Shown here piece by piece: positions 31,079-41,636 of a DNA stretch of 64,000 bases (positions are counted from its first letter, which is position 1; each line of letters starts with the position of its first letter). Position numbers and translations under genes: made by a program. The stretch comes from Sulfolobales archaeon HS-7 (GTDB lineage Archaea; Thermoproteota; Thermoprotei_A; Sulfolobales; Sulfolobaceae), in assembly GCA_019704295.1 (NCBI GenBank), contig AP024596.1, positions 1,632,001-1,696,000 on the forward strand, given 5' to 3'. The notes beneath the pieces were generated by a model. It was not told the origin of the DNA. It did not search any database and saw only the letters and a program-made list of their open reading frames with translations.

Positions 31079-33100
31079 TTACTTACAAAGGTCGGTATTA
31101 GGAATAGGGATCCTATTGATCTTCCTTCCGATAAGCTTCTCGGCTAAGACGAATGCCGCTGCCATTGCTCCTATAGTTCCGCTTTCCCCTACCCCTCTAG
31201 CTCCATGTGGAAGCTTTGAAGGGTACTCTACTATCTGGGTAGTCACCCTGAAGTTAGCCATAACAGCATCGAACACTCCAGCGTCAGATATAGATGAGAA
31301 CAAAGGTATTCCTTCTTTACCGTATTTTGCCTCTTCTGAGATAACTTCCCCTATTCCCTGAACGACTCCCCCGTAGATTTGCGAAGATATGTCATCTGGG
31401 TTATAAGCCTTTCCCACATCGTCTACCGCATAAATCTCATCGATAACTAATCTACATTCCTCCTCGTTAAGTTTACCCGAAATCACATATGCGCCTGGGG
31501 CGAATATTGCGTCAGACTTAAAGAAAACATCCACCTCAATGGGACCCTCCCTTTTATATGCTTCAAATAAGTTATCTCCAGTTCTTTTCTTCAGCTCCAG
31601 CAGGGCCTGCATTAGTGAGGCCCCTCCAGCTGTAATACTCCTACTTCCAAATGTACCTATTGCTTCCTTCAGATCAGGAGTGTCGGCGAATTTCAATTTT
31701 ATTTCTCTCTTATCTATTCCAAGAACAGTTGAGGCTAAGTTAAGAAATGCCCCCTCATGGTCCTGACCGTGAGGCCTAGTACCCATAATGATCTCTACAC
31801 CTTCACTTGTTAACCTCACCTTGGCGGATTCGCCAGGGGGAGAGGCTATCAGAGCTGAAAAGGTGACTAAGGCAGCCTTTTTCCTATTCCTCTGCATCTC
31901 CCTATATTTCTTTTCCGCAAGTTCGAAGACCCTTTGATAGCCAGCTTCATCGATTCTAAGACCTAGTGGAGTTGTGTACTCCCCCTTTATTAGGTTCTTC
32001 TTCCTGATCTCGAGAGAGTCCATTCCTATGGTTTTGGAAAGTTCTTCGATTAACGTTTCATGTATTAATGCAGCCTCAGGCCTTCCTGCACCCCTATACG
32101 GACCTGTAGGTGGGAGATTTGTAAATACGGAAATGGCCTCTACTTCGGCAAATCGCATTTTATAAGGACCTGTAAGGAGTCTTGCTGGAAACGATGCCAT
32201 CATAGTATTAATGCTAAAGTTATACGCCCCTATATCGTGAATAACCCTACCCCTCAAACCAAGGATTGTGCCGTCCCATTTCGCAAAGAGCGTCGCGTTA
32301 ATTATCATCCCCTTTCCATGAACCGGGTTATTAAGATGTTCAGTCCTAGTTTCGATCCATTTCACAGGTCTGCCTAACTTGATCGAAGCTATGGAAGCTA
32401 TTACGTATTCTGCGTAGGTCTGAGATTTGTTCCCAAAGGCGCCTCCAACGTCAGGTGAGTACACCCTAATTTTCTCAGGAGCGAGCTGGAGGGTTTCGCT
32501 TAAACCGTTCCTTATACCAAAAGGTGATTGGGATGATACGAAAACGTCAAGGACGTCATCGTGATAGTTGGCTATTACTCCCTTAGTTTCCATGGGGTTT
32601 GCCACAACTCTAGACATCTCTATTTTTCTAGTTACCTCAACCTGAGATTCCCTAAATAACGCCAGTTCTCCTCCTTTAAAATTAACTACATTCGAGATAT
32701 TTTTCGGTACATCGTCATATATTTGCACCGTCGGTTCTTCTATTGATAATGAGGGTTCTAAAGGCTCATATTCAACCGAAACTTCCTCAGCCACGTCTTC
32801 CATATCATATCTGTTCTCAGTAATTACGGCAGCCACAGGTTGACCGTAAAAATTAACTACTCCGTCAGCGAGAACGGGCATTTTCTTTACTTTGGCACCA
32901 GGATATTGAGCGGCAGGAAGGAACAGTTCCAGATCTTTTCCAGTGAGGAACAAGAGAGCGTTTGAAGGTGAATTAATTCTCCTTATTCTCGCCCTAGCGT
33001 AAGGAGACCTAACTATGTAAAGGTACGTTTGGTTATCCAGGGAAATGTCATCTACGTATTTTCCTTGACCCTTTATCAAGAATATTGCTCGCTCACTCAT
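31079..33100 (-). CDS. Xanthine oxidase-family molybdopterin large subunit (CoxL/CutA-like aldehyde oxidoreductase)
   Basis: G.GKYVDD, DVGGAFG, PYRGAGRPE, HGQ, GTFGSRS and GARGVGE motifs. Confidence 0.92.
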   Translation of the reverse strand: MSERAIFLIKGQGKYVDDISLDNQTYLYIVRSPYARARIRRINSPSNALLFLTGKDLELFLPAAQYPGAKVKKMPVLADGVVNFYGQPVAAVITENRYDMEDVAEEVSVEYEPLEPSLSIEEPTVQIYDDVPKNISNVVNFKGGELALFRESQVEVTRKIEMSRVVANPMETKGVIANYHDDVLDVFVSSQSPFGIRNGLSETLQLAPEKIRVYSPDVGGAFGNKSQTYAEYVIASIASIKLGRPVKWIETRTEHLNNPVHGKGMIINATLFAKWDGTILGLRGRVIHDIGAYNFSINTMMASFPARLLTGPYKMRFAEVEAISVFTNLPPTGPYRGAGRPEAALIHETLIEELSKTIGMDSLEIRKKNLIKGEYTTPLGLRIDEAGYQRVFELAEKKYREMQRNRKKAALVTFSALIASPPGESAKVRLTSEGVEIIMGTRPHGQDHEGAFLNLASTVLGIDKREIKLKFADTPDLKEAIGTFGSRSITAGGASLMQALLELKKRTGDNLFEAYKREGPIEVDVFFKSDAIFAPGAYVISGKLNEEECRLVIDEIYAVDDVGKAYNPDDISSQIYGGVVQGIGEVISEEAKYGKEGIPLFSSISDAGVFDAVMANFRVTTQIVEYPSKLPHGARGVGESGTIGAMAAAFVLAEKLIGRKINRIPIPNTDLCK

Positions 33101-33553
33101 ATGAGAAATGAGGTTATCACTTATTTTTATCTTTACGGGGGTCCAGTAACATTTCGGTTAAACCCCAAGCATAGTTTCCACTGAGGCAATACATGCTTCG
33201 CCGCTAACACAGTAATGGAAATAGTAAGTCCAGAACGCTGCCTACATCAACATCGTAGTGGATTGCTATCCTCTTAGTGCTATGTGTTTTCCCCGTGGAA
33301 GCCTCATTCAATAACATTCGGCAACTAGTAACTCACCGTTTCAACAATGTTCAGTAAGGCACTGCTTAACCGCCCTCTAAGCTCATACCTCCTTACAAAA
33401 TTAGTTAACGAGGTTAATATCGTTTAAAGATAGCATACCTAATCAAGTAATAATTTTTATAACTTATCGAAAGGATAACTTAGTTAAACCATGCCATAAC
33501 AGCATAATAGACCCCAAGAGAAGTTTTTATTTTTGCTTAAGGATACACACTTT

Positions 33554-34045
33554 GTGGAAGATCCTTACAGGAGTGTGTTAGAGAAGCTTGTTAAACTACT
33601 GTCAGAGGAGTTTGGGGATAAGCTGATCTCCGTCGTAATTTACGGAAGTGTAGCAAGAGGTGATAACAGGAAGGATAGTGACGTTGATTTGCTATTGGTC
33701 ATAAAGGAGTTACCAAAAACATTAACCGAGAGAATAATGCTATTCGAAAAAGTAGAAAAGGGGATCGAAGACGATATAGAAAGGCTTAGGGATCAAGGAT
33801 ATTACGTAACCTTGTCTCCCATAATGAAAACTCCAGAGGAGGCAGTGAGGTTTTCTCCTCTTTATATGGACATGACTGAAGACGCAATAATTCTTTACGA
33901 CAAGGACCACTTCTTTAAGACAGTACTTGACGAGACCAAAGAAAGGTTACAGAAATTAGGTTTCGAGAGAGTCTGGGTGTCTAAAAAAGTATGGTATTGG
34001 AGGAAGAAGGATTACAAATTCGGCGAAGTAATCAACTTCGGGTGA
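33554..34045 (+). CDS. Minimal nucleotidyltransferase (MNT) antitoxin
   Basis: GSVARGDNRKDSDVDLL (GSx10DxD); GTG start about 25 bp after a TTTTTAT box. Confidence 0.9.
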   Translation: MEDPYRSVLEKLVKLLSEEFGDKLISVVIYGSVARGDNRKDSDVDLLLVIKELPKTLTERIMLFEKVEKGIEDDIERLRDQGYYVTLSPIMKTPEEAVRFSPLYMDMTEDAIILYDKDHFFKTVLDETKERLQKLGFERVWVSKKVWYWRKKDYKFGEVINFG

Positions 34046-34470
34046 GGCTTACGAATAACAACGACATCGCGAAATCCTACGTTACCCAGGCCGAAGAGAG
34101 GATAAAACATTCAAAAGAAGCGTTGAGTGAAGGCAGTTATCCTTATGTGGTGAGACAATGTCAAGAGGCCGTGGAATTACTCCTTAAAGCTTCCCTGAGA
34201 TATGTGGGCATAGAGCCGCCTAAACTTCACGATGTCGGATATCTCCTTAAGAAAGAAAAAGATAGGTTTCCCCAATGGTTTCAGGAGAGAATAGATGAAT
34301 TAGCATACTATTCTAAAGTCCTAAGAAGGGAAAGGGAACCGGCAATGTATGGAGACGAGGAAACTGGAGCCACACCCGAAGAGTTGTACTCTAAGTTTGA
34401 CGCTGAAAATGCCTCTAAGATGTGCGCGATTGTCTATGAACTAGTGAAAAAACTTATTAAAACTGATTAG
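34042..34470 (+). CDS. HEPN domain protein (toxin of the MNT-HEPN pair)
   Basis: CQEAVELLLKA, PPKLHDV and R...MYG motifs; GTGA overlap with the MNT stop. Confidence 0.9.
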   Translation: MRLTNNNDIAKSYVTQAEERIKHSKEALSEGSYPYVVRQCQEAVELLLKASLRYVGIEPPKLHDVGYLLKKEKDRFPQWFQERIDELAYYSKVLRREREPAMYGDEETGATPEELYSKFDAENASKMCAIVYELVKKLIKTD

Positions 34471-35295
34471 GCGTATTATCCTTTGTCAGACCTTAAAGGC
34501 CAAAGTGAATGGTTTATGCATAACCAAACATTTCGAAGTTATGATTCCTAGTGTCCCAAAGTTAGGCACTGCCGCATGAGATTTTTCCCTTGATCCTTAA
34601 AGTATAACTAAGTATGCTAAATAGATTAATAACCATACTAGTATTTGGTTCTTGTTTATCTTACAGATATCTCTTTAAATATTATATATGTTTAGTTTTC
34701 CGCCTGAGGTAGGGTAAGAAAGGAGGAAACGAATTAGCATTGCATAATTCTCTTCTTGCTGTACATTGTCTTGACCGAGTGGCGATCCTTGTGCCTGATA
34801 GTTCGACGTAGGGAGTCTGCAGATCTTTCTTCAGTCTTTGACCATGAACATAAAGCCCTTGAGGAAGCAGTACGTAGATTTCCTTTCCTCTTAACTACCA
34901 TTTCCTTACCTGGACTCCTCTCCTCGATGGCTTTGCTCTCCATCTACTCGACTGATTCGTTCAATAGTGAATATTACGCAATGTGATAAGAAGAAACCTA
35001 GTACCTCGTTCGGTGAAGGACGTTACTTTAAGCTGTTTCATGGTATTATCTTTCCCTCGAACGATATTTACCATTATCGAGTAGGTAATCAATTGGTTAA
35101 TTTCAAAATAATAAAATTGTGAATTAGTTATAGACACGTAAGCAGCCGTCCGGCCTGTTCCAGGCGTATTTCTCTCTCCTATGCAATTTTTGGACCACAG
35201 CTTAAATAGGTTAGGGAAAGCTTAACTACACACTGTCCCCCATTATAACAGACACGCAGAGAAGTTCTTATATAAATTGCTGAATTCTATTAATA

Positions 35296-35721
35296 ATGAA
35301 CAATATGGGTAAATATAATGGTATTGGGAGGAACCAATTAGTGGGAAACGCTGGCCTCTATTATGTGTGCTACGAGTTAAGCAAGAGGGGATGGAATGCA
35401 ATGCCGACCTCCCGCAATGCTAGGGGAGTTGACGTAGTTATATACAATCAGAAAGGATCTAATTCGCATACTATACAAGTTAAGGCTCTTTCGAAAAGAA
35501 GTCCTGTTCCATTCGGCAAAACTCTTAGTAACCTCATCGCAGAATACGTTGTTGTAGTTACCGACATCTTTAATCAACCTAAGCTATATATTGTAGATAC
35601 ACCAACAGTAAAATCCCTAATTCACGAGGGCTTAAAGGACGGTAGAAGGAGTTATTGGTTTCAGCCTAACGATTATGAGCAATTCAAGGACAACTGGTCC
35701 CTTCTTGGTAACCCATATTAG
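35296..35721 (+). CDS. Stand-alone PD-(D/E)xK nuclease-like protein
   Basis: Helix ELSKRGW, then GVDVV...IQVK, the restriction-endonuclease-fold core with a QxK variant. Confidence 0.7.
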   Translation: MNNMGKYNGIGRNQLVGNAGLYYVCYELSKRGWNAMPTSRNARGVDVVIYNQKGSNSHTIQVKALSKRSPVPFGKTLSNLIAEYVVVVTDIFNQPKLYIVDTPTVKSLIHEGLKDGRRSYWFQPNDYEQFKDNWSLLGNPY

Positions 35722-35821
35722 GGGATACGAGCGAATTAAGAAAGAGTTACTCGTTTACAACTCTAATCAAATGCTGTAAAACCCAAAAGTATCATTTGCC
35801 TTCTGATCTAAAACGACCCGT

Positions 35822-36238
35822 CTATAATTCAACTGTTAATTCCACATCGCTAATACGCGGGACTCCAAATAACCTTATGTAATTTTCGATCCCCCTTGTG
35901 TACCTCACATCCACGTATTCTACGCGCGTAAAATTGAAAATAATAGGTAAGGAGGTCTGTGTGAAAGGTCTTGTCCTCAACTCCCTTGATATATGTTCGA
36001 CGAACCTTGCTAATTCTGGGATCTTAGCGTAAGCGACGTAGCCTATAATCTTAAACCTATCCTTTAACTCCTCATACTGATCGTGGATTAGAGCGATCCT
36101 TAATGATCTACCTCCTGGAATTTCTTCAAAAAAGGAATAGGAAAGGAGAAAGTCCTTATCTCTGACCAATGGGAAGCCTTCGTACTCGACTTTTGTAGTT
36201 GATCGGAGATTAGGCGGTAAAGAAATCCTTAACTTCAC
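35822..36238 (-). CDS. Hypothetical protein co-transcribed with dpo4
   Basis: 138 aa ORF whose start overlaps the dpo4 stop by 4 bp. Confidence 0.7.
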   Translation of the reverse strand: MKLRISLPPNLRSTTKVEYEGFPLVRDKDFLLSYSFFEEIPGGRSLRIALIHDQYEELKDRFKIIGYVAYAKIPELARFVEHISRELRTRPFTQTSLPIIFNFTRVEYVDVRYTRGIENYIRLFGVPRISDVELTVEL

Positions 36239-37284
36239 TTCCTGTCTCCCAGGAAATCGTCAAGAGTTGTCACATTTGTAACTTTAGAGATCTTCACTCC
36301 TGCCCGCCTAACTTTTCTTTTATCCTCGTTAAGCAACTTCATGAGAAGGCCCCTGATAACGTTCCTCGCCTCCGTTTTCGGTATCCCCCTGTTTTTCGTA
36401 ATACTCCTCGTAACGAGGTCTAGGTCCTCCATTATAAGAATTATCCCCACCTCTTTCGGTAGTCCGTTTGCTTTGAGATATACCTCATCAATAGCTATTG
36501 ATATTGCCTCGAAAATATCGTCTAGGTCCCGGGAGTTCTTTTTCAGTGTAAGTATTCTATTATAGCTCTTCCTTTCCCTTTGTCTAACAGGTTCGTTGTA
36601 GGTGTTGGTGGCTAGCCTGAACAAGTACCTCGCTTTCGAACTACCGATTAATTTTCTTAACTGAGTATATTCAAAATTAGTTATATCCCTTAAGTATACC
36701 ACTCCGGCCTCTTCGAGCTTCCTCGCTAAGGTGTCTCCTATTCCTGGTACTTCGGATATGGCGACTGTCTGCAGGAATTCAGCGGTGTTCTTCACCACCA
36801 TTAGACCGTCCGGTTTTGAACGATCAGCAGCGATCTTCGCTATCACCTTATTCTGTCCAATTCCAACGGTAACCCTTATCCCGGTAGAGCCAAGTATTGC
36901 CTCTTTGAGTTTCCTCCCTATTTCCTCAGCTTCACGATCGCTTACGTTTCCAATATCCAAGTAGGCCTCATCTATGCTGGCAACCTCCATCGCTCTCCCG
37001 TATTTCGCGATAATGTTCATTATCCTGGAAGAGTATTGCCTGTAAAGGTCCTTTCTCATCGGAAGGAGAGTAATTGAATCTCCTCCAAGTTCTATTGCCC
37101 TAGATATAGGTATCCCGGACTTTACTCCTAGTTTTCTCGCCTCATAATTAGCCGTAGCTACGGCTCCACTTATCTCATTTCTTCCTGAAAACACGCATAC
37201 TGCTACGGGTTTTCCCCTCAGGCTGGGATTCTCAACCTCCTCCACCTGAACGTAAAAGTAGTCGAAATCCACAAAAAGGATCAT
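36235..37284 (-). CDS. dbh: Y-family DNA polymerase IV (Dpo4/Dbh)
   Basis: FVDFDYFY, ATANYEARKLGV, SIDEAYLD and KPDG motifs; PIP-like TLDDFL C-terminus. Confidence 0.96.
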   Translation of the reverse strand: MILFVDFDYFYVQVEEVENPSLRGKPVAVCVFSGRNEISGAVATANYEARKLGVKSGIPISRAIELGGDSITLLPMRKDLYRQYSSRIMNIIAKYGRAMEVASIDEAYLDIGNVSDREAEEIGRKLKEAILGSTGIRVTVGIGQNKVIAKIAADRSKPDGLMVVKNTAEFLQTVAISEVPGIGDTLARKLEEAGVVYLRDITNFEYTQLRKLIGSSKARYLFRLATNTYNEPVRQRERKSYNRILTLKKNSRDLDDIFEAISIAIDEVYLKANGLPKEVGIILIMEDLDLVTRSITKNRGIPKTEARNVIRGLLMKLLNEDKRKVRRAGVKISKVTNVTTLDDFLGDRK

Positions 37285-38126
37285 TTACATCTTACCCTAG
37301 GGGTAAAGTCCCTAAGTTTGGCTTCAATCTCCTCTCTGGATATGGGGAAGATCCCCCCTATTTTACCGAGTTTCATCGACGCAGCGGTAACTGCGTATCT
37401 TAGCGACAAGTTTACTTTTTTCGTTTCGTAATATAGTACATTGAAGGTAGCGTCAAATACGTCACCTGCACCAGTAGTATCGTTTATCTTCTCCGCGGGA
37501 TAAGCCTCTACCTCACAATTTTCTAATCCCTCTGTCCTTGCCCCCTTTTTCCCCATCTTGATCACCGTTAGCCTCGCATCATAGGAACTGACTTTCTCGT
37601 ATTCCCTTTCATTACAAAATAGAACGTCTACTGTAGTTCCCAGTTTCCCCGCATATTGACCTGGGTCATAGGTTAGTAGGCCTTTTTCCGGTTTAATCAC
37701 GTAATTCGGGGAGATCGATGCGAAGTGAACTACGTCAAATAAATTGACTGCATCCCTTAACTTACCTAACATCTCCTGGCTGAGGGACGTAGCTGTCCTC
37801 CTGATGATCGAGATACTTCCGTCCCTCCTAAGAAATATCAGAGTGACGTTAGGCTTTTCGTTAACCTCCATTACGTACTCCAGACCCACTCCATATGACG
37901 CCAGTGTATTTAGCAGTGTTCGAGTAATATCGTCCTTAGCAACCGGGGCTACCAGAACTGAGGAATGTCCCAGCGTGGTAGCAGTAACTGCGTAATTAGT
38001 GGCAGAACCCCCTGGTACTATCTCTAAAACGTCGGTTGTTTCTGACGAGTCAACTTCAGGTATACGATTCACTGTAGTGATCACATCAATGTTGAACTTT
38101 CCGATCGAAATGTGATTAGCCTTCAT
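37281..38126 (-). CDS. PfkB family carbohydrate kinase
   Basis: PGGSATN, YDPG, NEREY and DTTGAGDVF motifs. Confidence 0.92.
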   Translation of the reverse strand: MKANHISIGKFNIDVITTVNRIPEVDSSETTDVLEIVPGGSATNYAVTATTLGHSSVLVAPVAKDDITRTLLNTLASYGVGLEYVMEVNEKPNVTLIFLRRDGSISIIRRTATSLSQEMLGKLRDAVNLFDVVHFASISPNYVIKPEKGLLTYDPGQYAGKLGTTVDVLFCNEREYEKVSSYDARLTVIKMGKKGARTEGLENCEVEAYPAEKINDTTGAGDVFDATFNVLYYETKKVNLSLRYAVTAASMKLGKIGGIFPISREEIEAKLRDFTPRVRCK

Positions 38127-38175
38127 CAGACAGCCGCCGTCACATCATTTTTCAGGATAAAAAACTCTTCATCGT
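38124..38175 (-). ncRNA. Box C/D methylation-guide sRNA
   Basis: C box ATGAAGA (38172-66), 10 nt, D' CTGA (38155-52), C' ATGATGT (38148-42), 12 nt guide GACGGCGGCTGT, D CTGA (38129-26) overlapping the kinase ATG; TATA-like TCTAAATA about 25 bp upstream. Confidence 0.8.
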
Positions 38176-38404
38176 GATACTTGGTCAAATCTCGTATTTA
38201 GATTTTTGTATTATGACACACCGACAGAGGAAGATAGAGACCTGCGGGAGCATTAATGAATGATTCGCGTAGAGAGTACTTTACAAGTTTTATGTATCAT
38301 TAACAGTTGTTCAAATGCTCTAACTGGTTCTGAAGCATTAAATTACATCTTATTCATTAATGTAAAAATCTCATAAAACTTAGGAAACTGCAGATTCCAT
38401 TTTG

Positions 38405-40126
38405 CTATACTACTACGGCCTTAACTAGACCTGGAGGAGTATCTATAGGAAGTCCTAGTCTAACTCCTAATTTGTACGCGACAAGTTGGATGGGTATCGC
38501 ATTGACCACAGGGGAAAGGTCCCATCCAAAAGTTTTCTCCACTTTAATAACGAACACCTTTCCCTCCCTATCTGTAACCGTTTTTATCACCTTGTTGAAC
38601 AAGTCTTCTGCAGCTGTCTCAGCGGGTTTTATCGCAATAACCGGATGTCCCCTTAGGGTTAACGTTATGGGACCGTGTAGAAGCTCTCCAAGCTGAATCC
38701 CCTCTGCATGAGTTCCAGCAGCTTCCTTCAATTTTAGGGCGCCCTCAAGCGCTAATGGGTAATTAATCCCACTGCTTGTTACGTAAAGGCTTGCCGACTC
38801 TATCTTACTAGCTGCCGTCTCAGCCTCTTCTTCGAACGCGTTAAGAGAATCTTTAATAAATGAAGAGAGAGCTCTTATCCTAGACTCAAAGTCCGCTATA
38901 TCTCTATTTCCCGCCTTGCCGGAGTTTAACCCAACGTAAAGTGAGAGCGTTCTGAGAGCTATTAACGTAGAAGTAAAGGTCTTTGTCGCTGGAACAGCCA
39001 TTTCCGGTCCAGCGGTTATCGGTAAGTAAACGTTAGATTCCAAAGCTAATCTGGAACCCACTGAGTTTGTCACCCCTATTATTACCGCTCCTCTTATCTT
39101 AGCAAGCTTGACGCTCTTTATTACGTCCGACGTTTCTCCGCTCTGGCTAATCGCTATAATGACGGAACCCGTGGTTACATTCTCCAACGAATAATAGGGG
39201 AATTCCGCTGCGCTTACGACATGAGATTGAATTCCCATTTCGCCTAAGTAGTATGACGCTATTAAACCTGCGTGGAGGCTTGTACCATTACCTACTATGA
39301 AGACGTTTTTACCCCCGTAAACGATCATGCCGGCGAGGGTTAGATACTTCTGCATCAGAGAGTAGTAGGAGTTTATTACTGCTTCGGGTATATCGTATAT
39401 TTCCTTTAACATAAAGTGAGGAAATCCCGCCTTTTCGGAAATTTCCGGCTGATATTTAACCCTCTTAATTGAGGGTTTGGTTCCATCTGCGAAAATCTCA
39501 TAACTGGTTGGCAATACATATAAAACCGAATTGTCGGGGATTATGACCGCCTCCTCAGCAAAGCCGCTTAAGCTGGGAAGATCGCTCGAAAGGAAATAGC
39601 ACTCCTTTCCTAATCCTAACAATATAGGCTGACCTTTGTTTATTGCGTAAACCCCTTTCTCCCCCTTTTTTAATACTACAGCCGAGAATATTCCCTTCAC
39701 AGCATCCATAACCTCCTTTAAATCCTTTAACTCCAAAAGGTGAGCAAGAATCTCCGTATCCGTGGTTGAAACGAATTTGTGACCGGATTTGGTTAACTCG
39801 TCCCTTATTTTCTCATAATCGTCAATGATCCCATCCATGAAAACATAGATGTTTTTATGACAATCCATAAGGGGATGAGTGTTCTCCAGGGTGGGCCACC
39901 CCCTACTCGCGTACCTTGTGTGTCCCACAGCTAAGTAGCTTCTTTCATTTATACTGGTGGGGGAAGAGGAGACACTTCCCAACTGCTTTATCACAATGGG
40001 TTCCTCACCCCTAAAGTAAGTCAATCCCCACCCGTCGTACCCCCTGTAAATTAATCGCTGGAGGCCAATAATTACGTCCCGAACCTCCCTTTCCTTTGAA
40101 CAGATAAAACCAAATATTCCGCCCAT
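38405..40126 (-). CDS. glmS: GlmS-like glucosamine-6-phosphate synthase (glutaminase site degenerate)
   Basis: [39 protein letters not shown] and HGP motifs; begins MGGIFG rather than MCGI. Confidence 0.9.
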   Translation of the reverse strand: MGGIFGFICSKEREVRDVIIGLQRLIYRGYDGWGLTYFRGEEPIVIKQLGSVSSSPTSINERSYLAVGHTRYASRGWPTLENTHPLMDCHKNIYVFMDGIIDDYEKIRDELTKSGHKFVSTTDTEILAHLLELKDLKEVMDAVKGIFSAVVLKKGEKGVYAINKGQPILLGLGKECYFLSSDLPSLSGFAEEAVIIPDNSVLYVLPTSYEIFADGTKPSIKRVKYQPEISEKAGFPHFMLKEIYDIPEAVINSYYSLMQKYLTLAGMIVYGGKNVFIVGNGTSLHAGLIASYYLGEMGIQSHVVSAAEFPYYSLENVTTGSVIIAISQSGETSDVIKSVKLAKIRGAVIIGVTNSVGSRLALESNVYLPITAGPEMAVPATKTFTSTLIALRTLSLYVGLNSGKAGNRDIADFESRIRALSSFIKDSLNAFEEEAETAASKIESASLYVTSSGINYPLALEGALKLKEAAGTHAEGIQLGELLHGPITLTLRGHPVIAIKPAETAAEDLFNKVIKTVTDREGKVFVIKVEKTFGWDLSPVVNAIPIQLVAYKLGVRLGLPIDTPPGLVKAVVV

Positions 40127-40268
40127 TCGATATTCATGTATACAATTAACTATACGTTTTTAAAATAGTATTGTTTTCCATAATTTCAAGTTCAATAATC
40201 CAATCGCGTTGGACTTAAGCCAGGGTAGATAAATTCAGTTTATGAAAAAAATAAGTCGAATTTGGTCC

Positions 40269-40754
40269 TTAACTTGAAGTAGATGTCTCCGTATCGTTAT
40301 CCTCCGGGGTTACTCTCAACAGAACTCTGTCATTAACTACCCTATTATGTCCCAGATGATCTCTAACATGATATGAGACGCTTATTGTAACTCTATACGT
40401 TCCTTTGTTTAGGTATACGTGAGCTTCAGGGTGGTGCAACGAGAGCGTAACAGTAAGATTTCCTATTACTATCGTCACATTGAATTGCGAGAACGTTGGT
40501 CTGACGACTCCCTCTATTAAATGTATAGTATAGTTACCGCTAGTAGGAATGGTTAATGTAGCGTTCTCAGTCTGATTACCTGTCTCACCAGCAGTAAGGT
40601 TTCCCAGGTTGAAGTATGCAGGGGTAATTTGCGGTCCATTGGAGTGGGCTGAGAAAGAGATATATGCCAAATTCCCAAGAATTCCGGAATCAGCTATCCC
40701 AACACCCGCTAATATTACTGCTCCTACTATTCCTAATATGAGTGGTTTATACAT
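40269..40754 (-). CDS. Secreted beta-rich protein, putative CanA/TasA-like filament subunit
   Basis: Signal peptide, alternating beta-strand pattern, NLTAGETG, RPTFSQFNVTI and LSLHHPEAHVYLNKGTY segments, many sequons. The ORF is solid; the family call is inference. Confidence 0.6.
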   Translation of the reverse strand: MYKPLILGIVGAVILAGVGIADSGILGNLAYISFSAHSNGPQITPAYFNLGNLTAGETGNQTENATLTIPTSGNYTIHLIEGVVRPTFSQFNVTIVIGNLTVTLSLHHPEAHVYLNKGTYRVTISVSYHVRDHLGHNRVVNDRVLLRVTPEDNDTETSTSS

Positions 40755-40812
40755 ATTTCATCTAATTTATGTTCTCTTAACATTCTTTATAAGGCACTCG
40801 TTTCATTTGAGG

Positions 40813-40828
40813 ATGGAACGATGGAACG
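40813..40828 (-). promoter_or_regulatory. Direct-repeat operator CGTTCCAT-CGTTCCAT upstream of the 40754 gene
   Basis: atggaacg x2 on the + strand, about 20 bp upstream of TTATAAAG (40792-40785). Confidence 0.75.
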
Positions 40829-41590
40829 TTATTGCTTATTGACGACTTCGTACCAGATTTTACCGTTTTCTCTTACCTCCTTTACGTAACCCAGTTTAAC
40901 TAATTTCTTAATTCTCCTATATGCGGTTGATTTCGGTAGACCTGTTGATCTAACAACGTCAGCTAACGTCTTCGAACCGTTCCTTATCGATTCAAGTACA
41001 ACTAGATCCCTATCGTTTAGCTGTTCATTGTTTAATTCCGGCTCATCCTCGCGTTGAGCCTTACGTTGTCTTAACTGGGCTATAACGGCATAGGAGAGTG
41101 TACCATTAATTATCACAAGACCTACTATAATTAAAAGGAGCTGAACATTATTTTCACGAGTCGTAGGAATGGTTTGGGAGTACAGTATTTCGAAGCTTTC
41201 CCCATAGAACGAAATGTTATAATATCCGTGAGATGAGTAAAGACCGCATGGTGACGGATTTACATACAGTATATTATACTCTTCGGGGATTAAAACGAAA
41301 TAAGTTACGTTATACGGTTCCTCTCCAACTAAAACTCCTGCTTTAAACTTGGCTACGTAAGTGATTGTTGCGTTAGAGTAAATATGGATTACCGAATCGT
41401 TAATTTGATAGGATGAACCGAGAACCTTAATGTTACTAGCGTTCTCACCTATCAGGTAGAATACCCTCTCATTTGTAATATGAGCGACTACTGTACCATT
41501 ATATAATACAGTTATAGTACTAGCTTTGACCGTAAAGACTAAGGGAAACAGCAATATTAACGATATCAGCACTAGCTTCCAAGAATTCAT
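40829..41590 (-). CDS. Membrane-anchored winged-HTH transcription regulator with extracellular domain (COG2512-like)
   Basis: Signal peptide, sequon-rich beta domain, one TM, then the C-terminal wHTH LADVVRSTGLPKSTAYRRIKKLVKLGYV. Confidence 0.85.
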   Translation of the reverse strand: MNSWKLVLISLILLFPLVFTVKASTITVLYNGTVVAHITNERVFYLIGENASNIKVLGSSYQINDSVIHIYSNATITYVAKFKAGVLVGEEPYNVTYFVLIPEEYNILYVNPSPCGLYSSHGYYNISFYGESFEILYSQTIPTTRENNVQLLLIIVGLVIINGTLSYAVIAQLRQRKAQREDEPELNNEQLNDRDLVVLESIRNGSKTLADVVRSTGLPKSTAYRRIKKLVKLGYVKEVRENGKIWYEVVNKQ

Positions 41591-41636
41591 CCTTGTACAA
41601 TTAATTGTTATCGCTTTTAATTCTATTTCTTACAAC

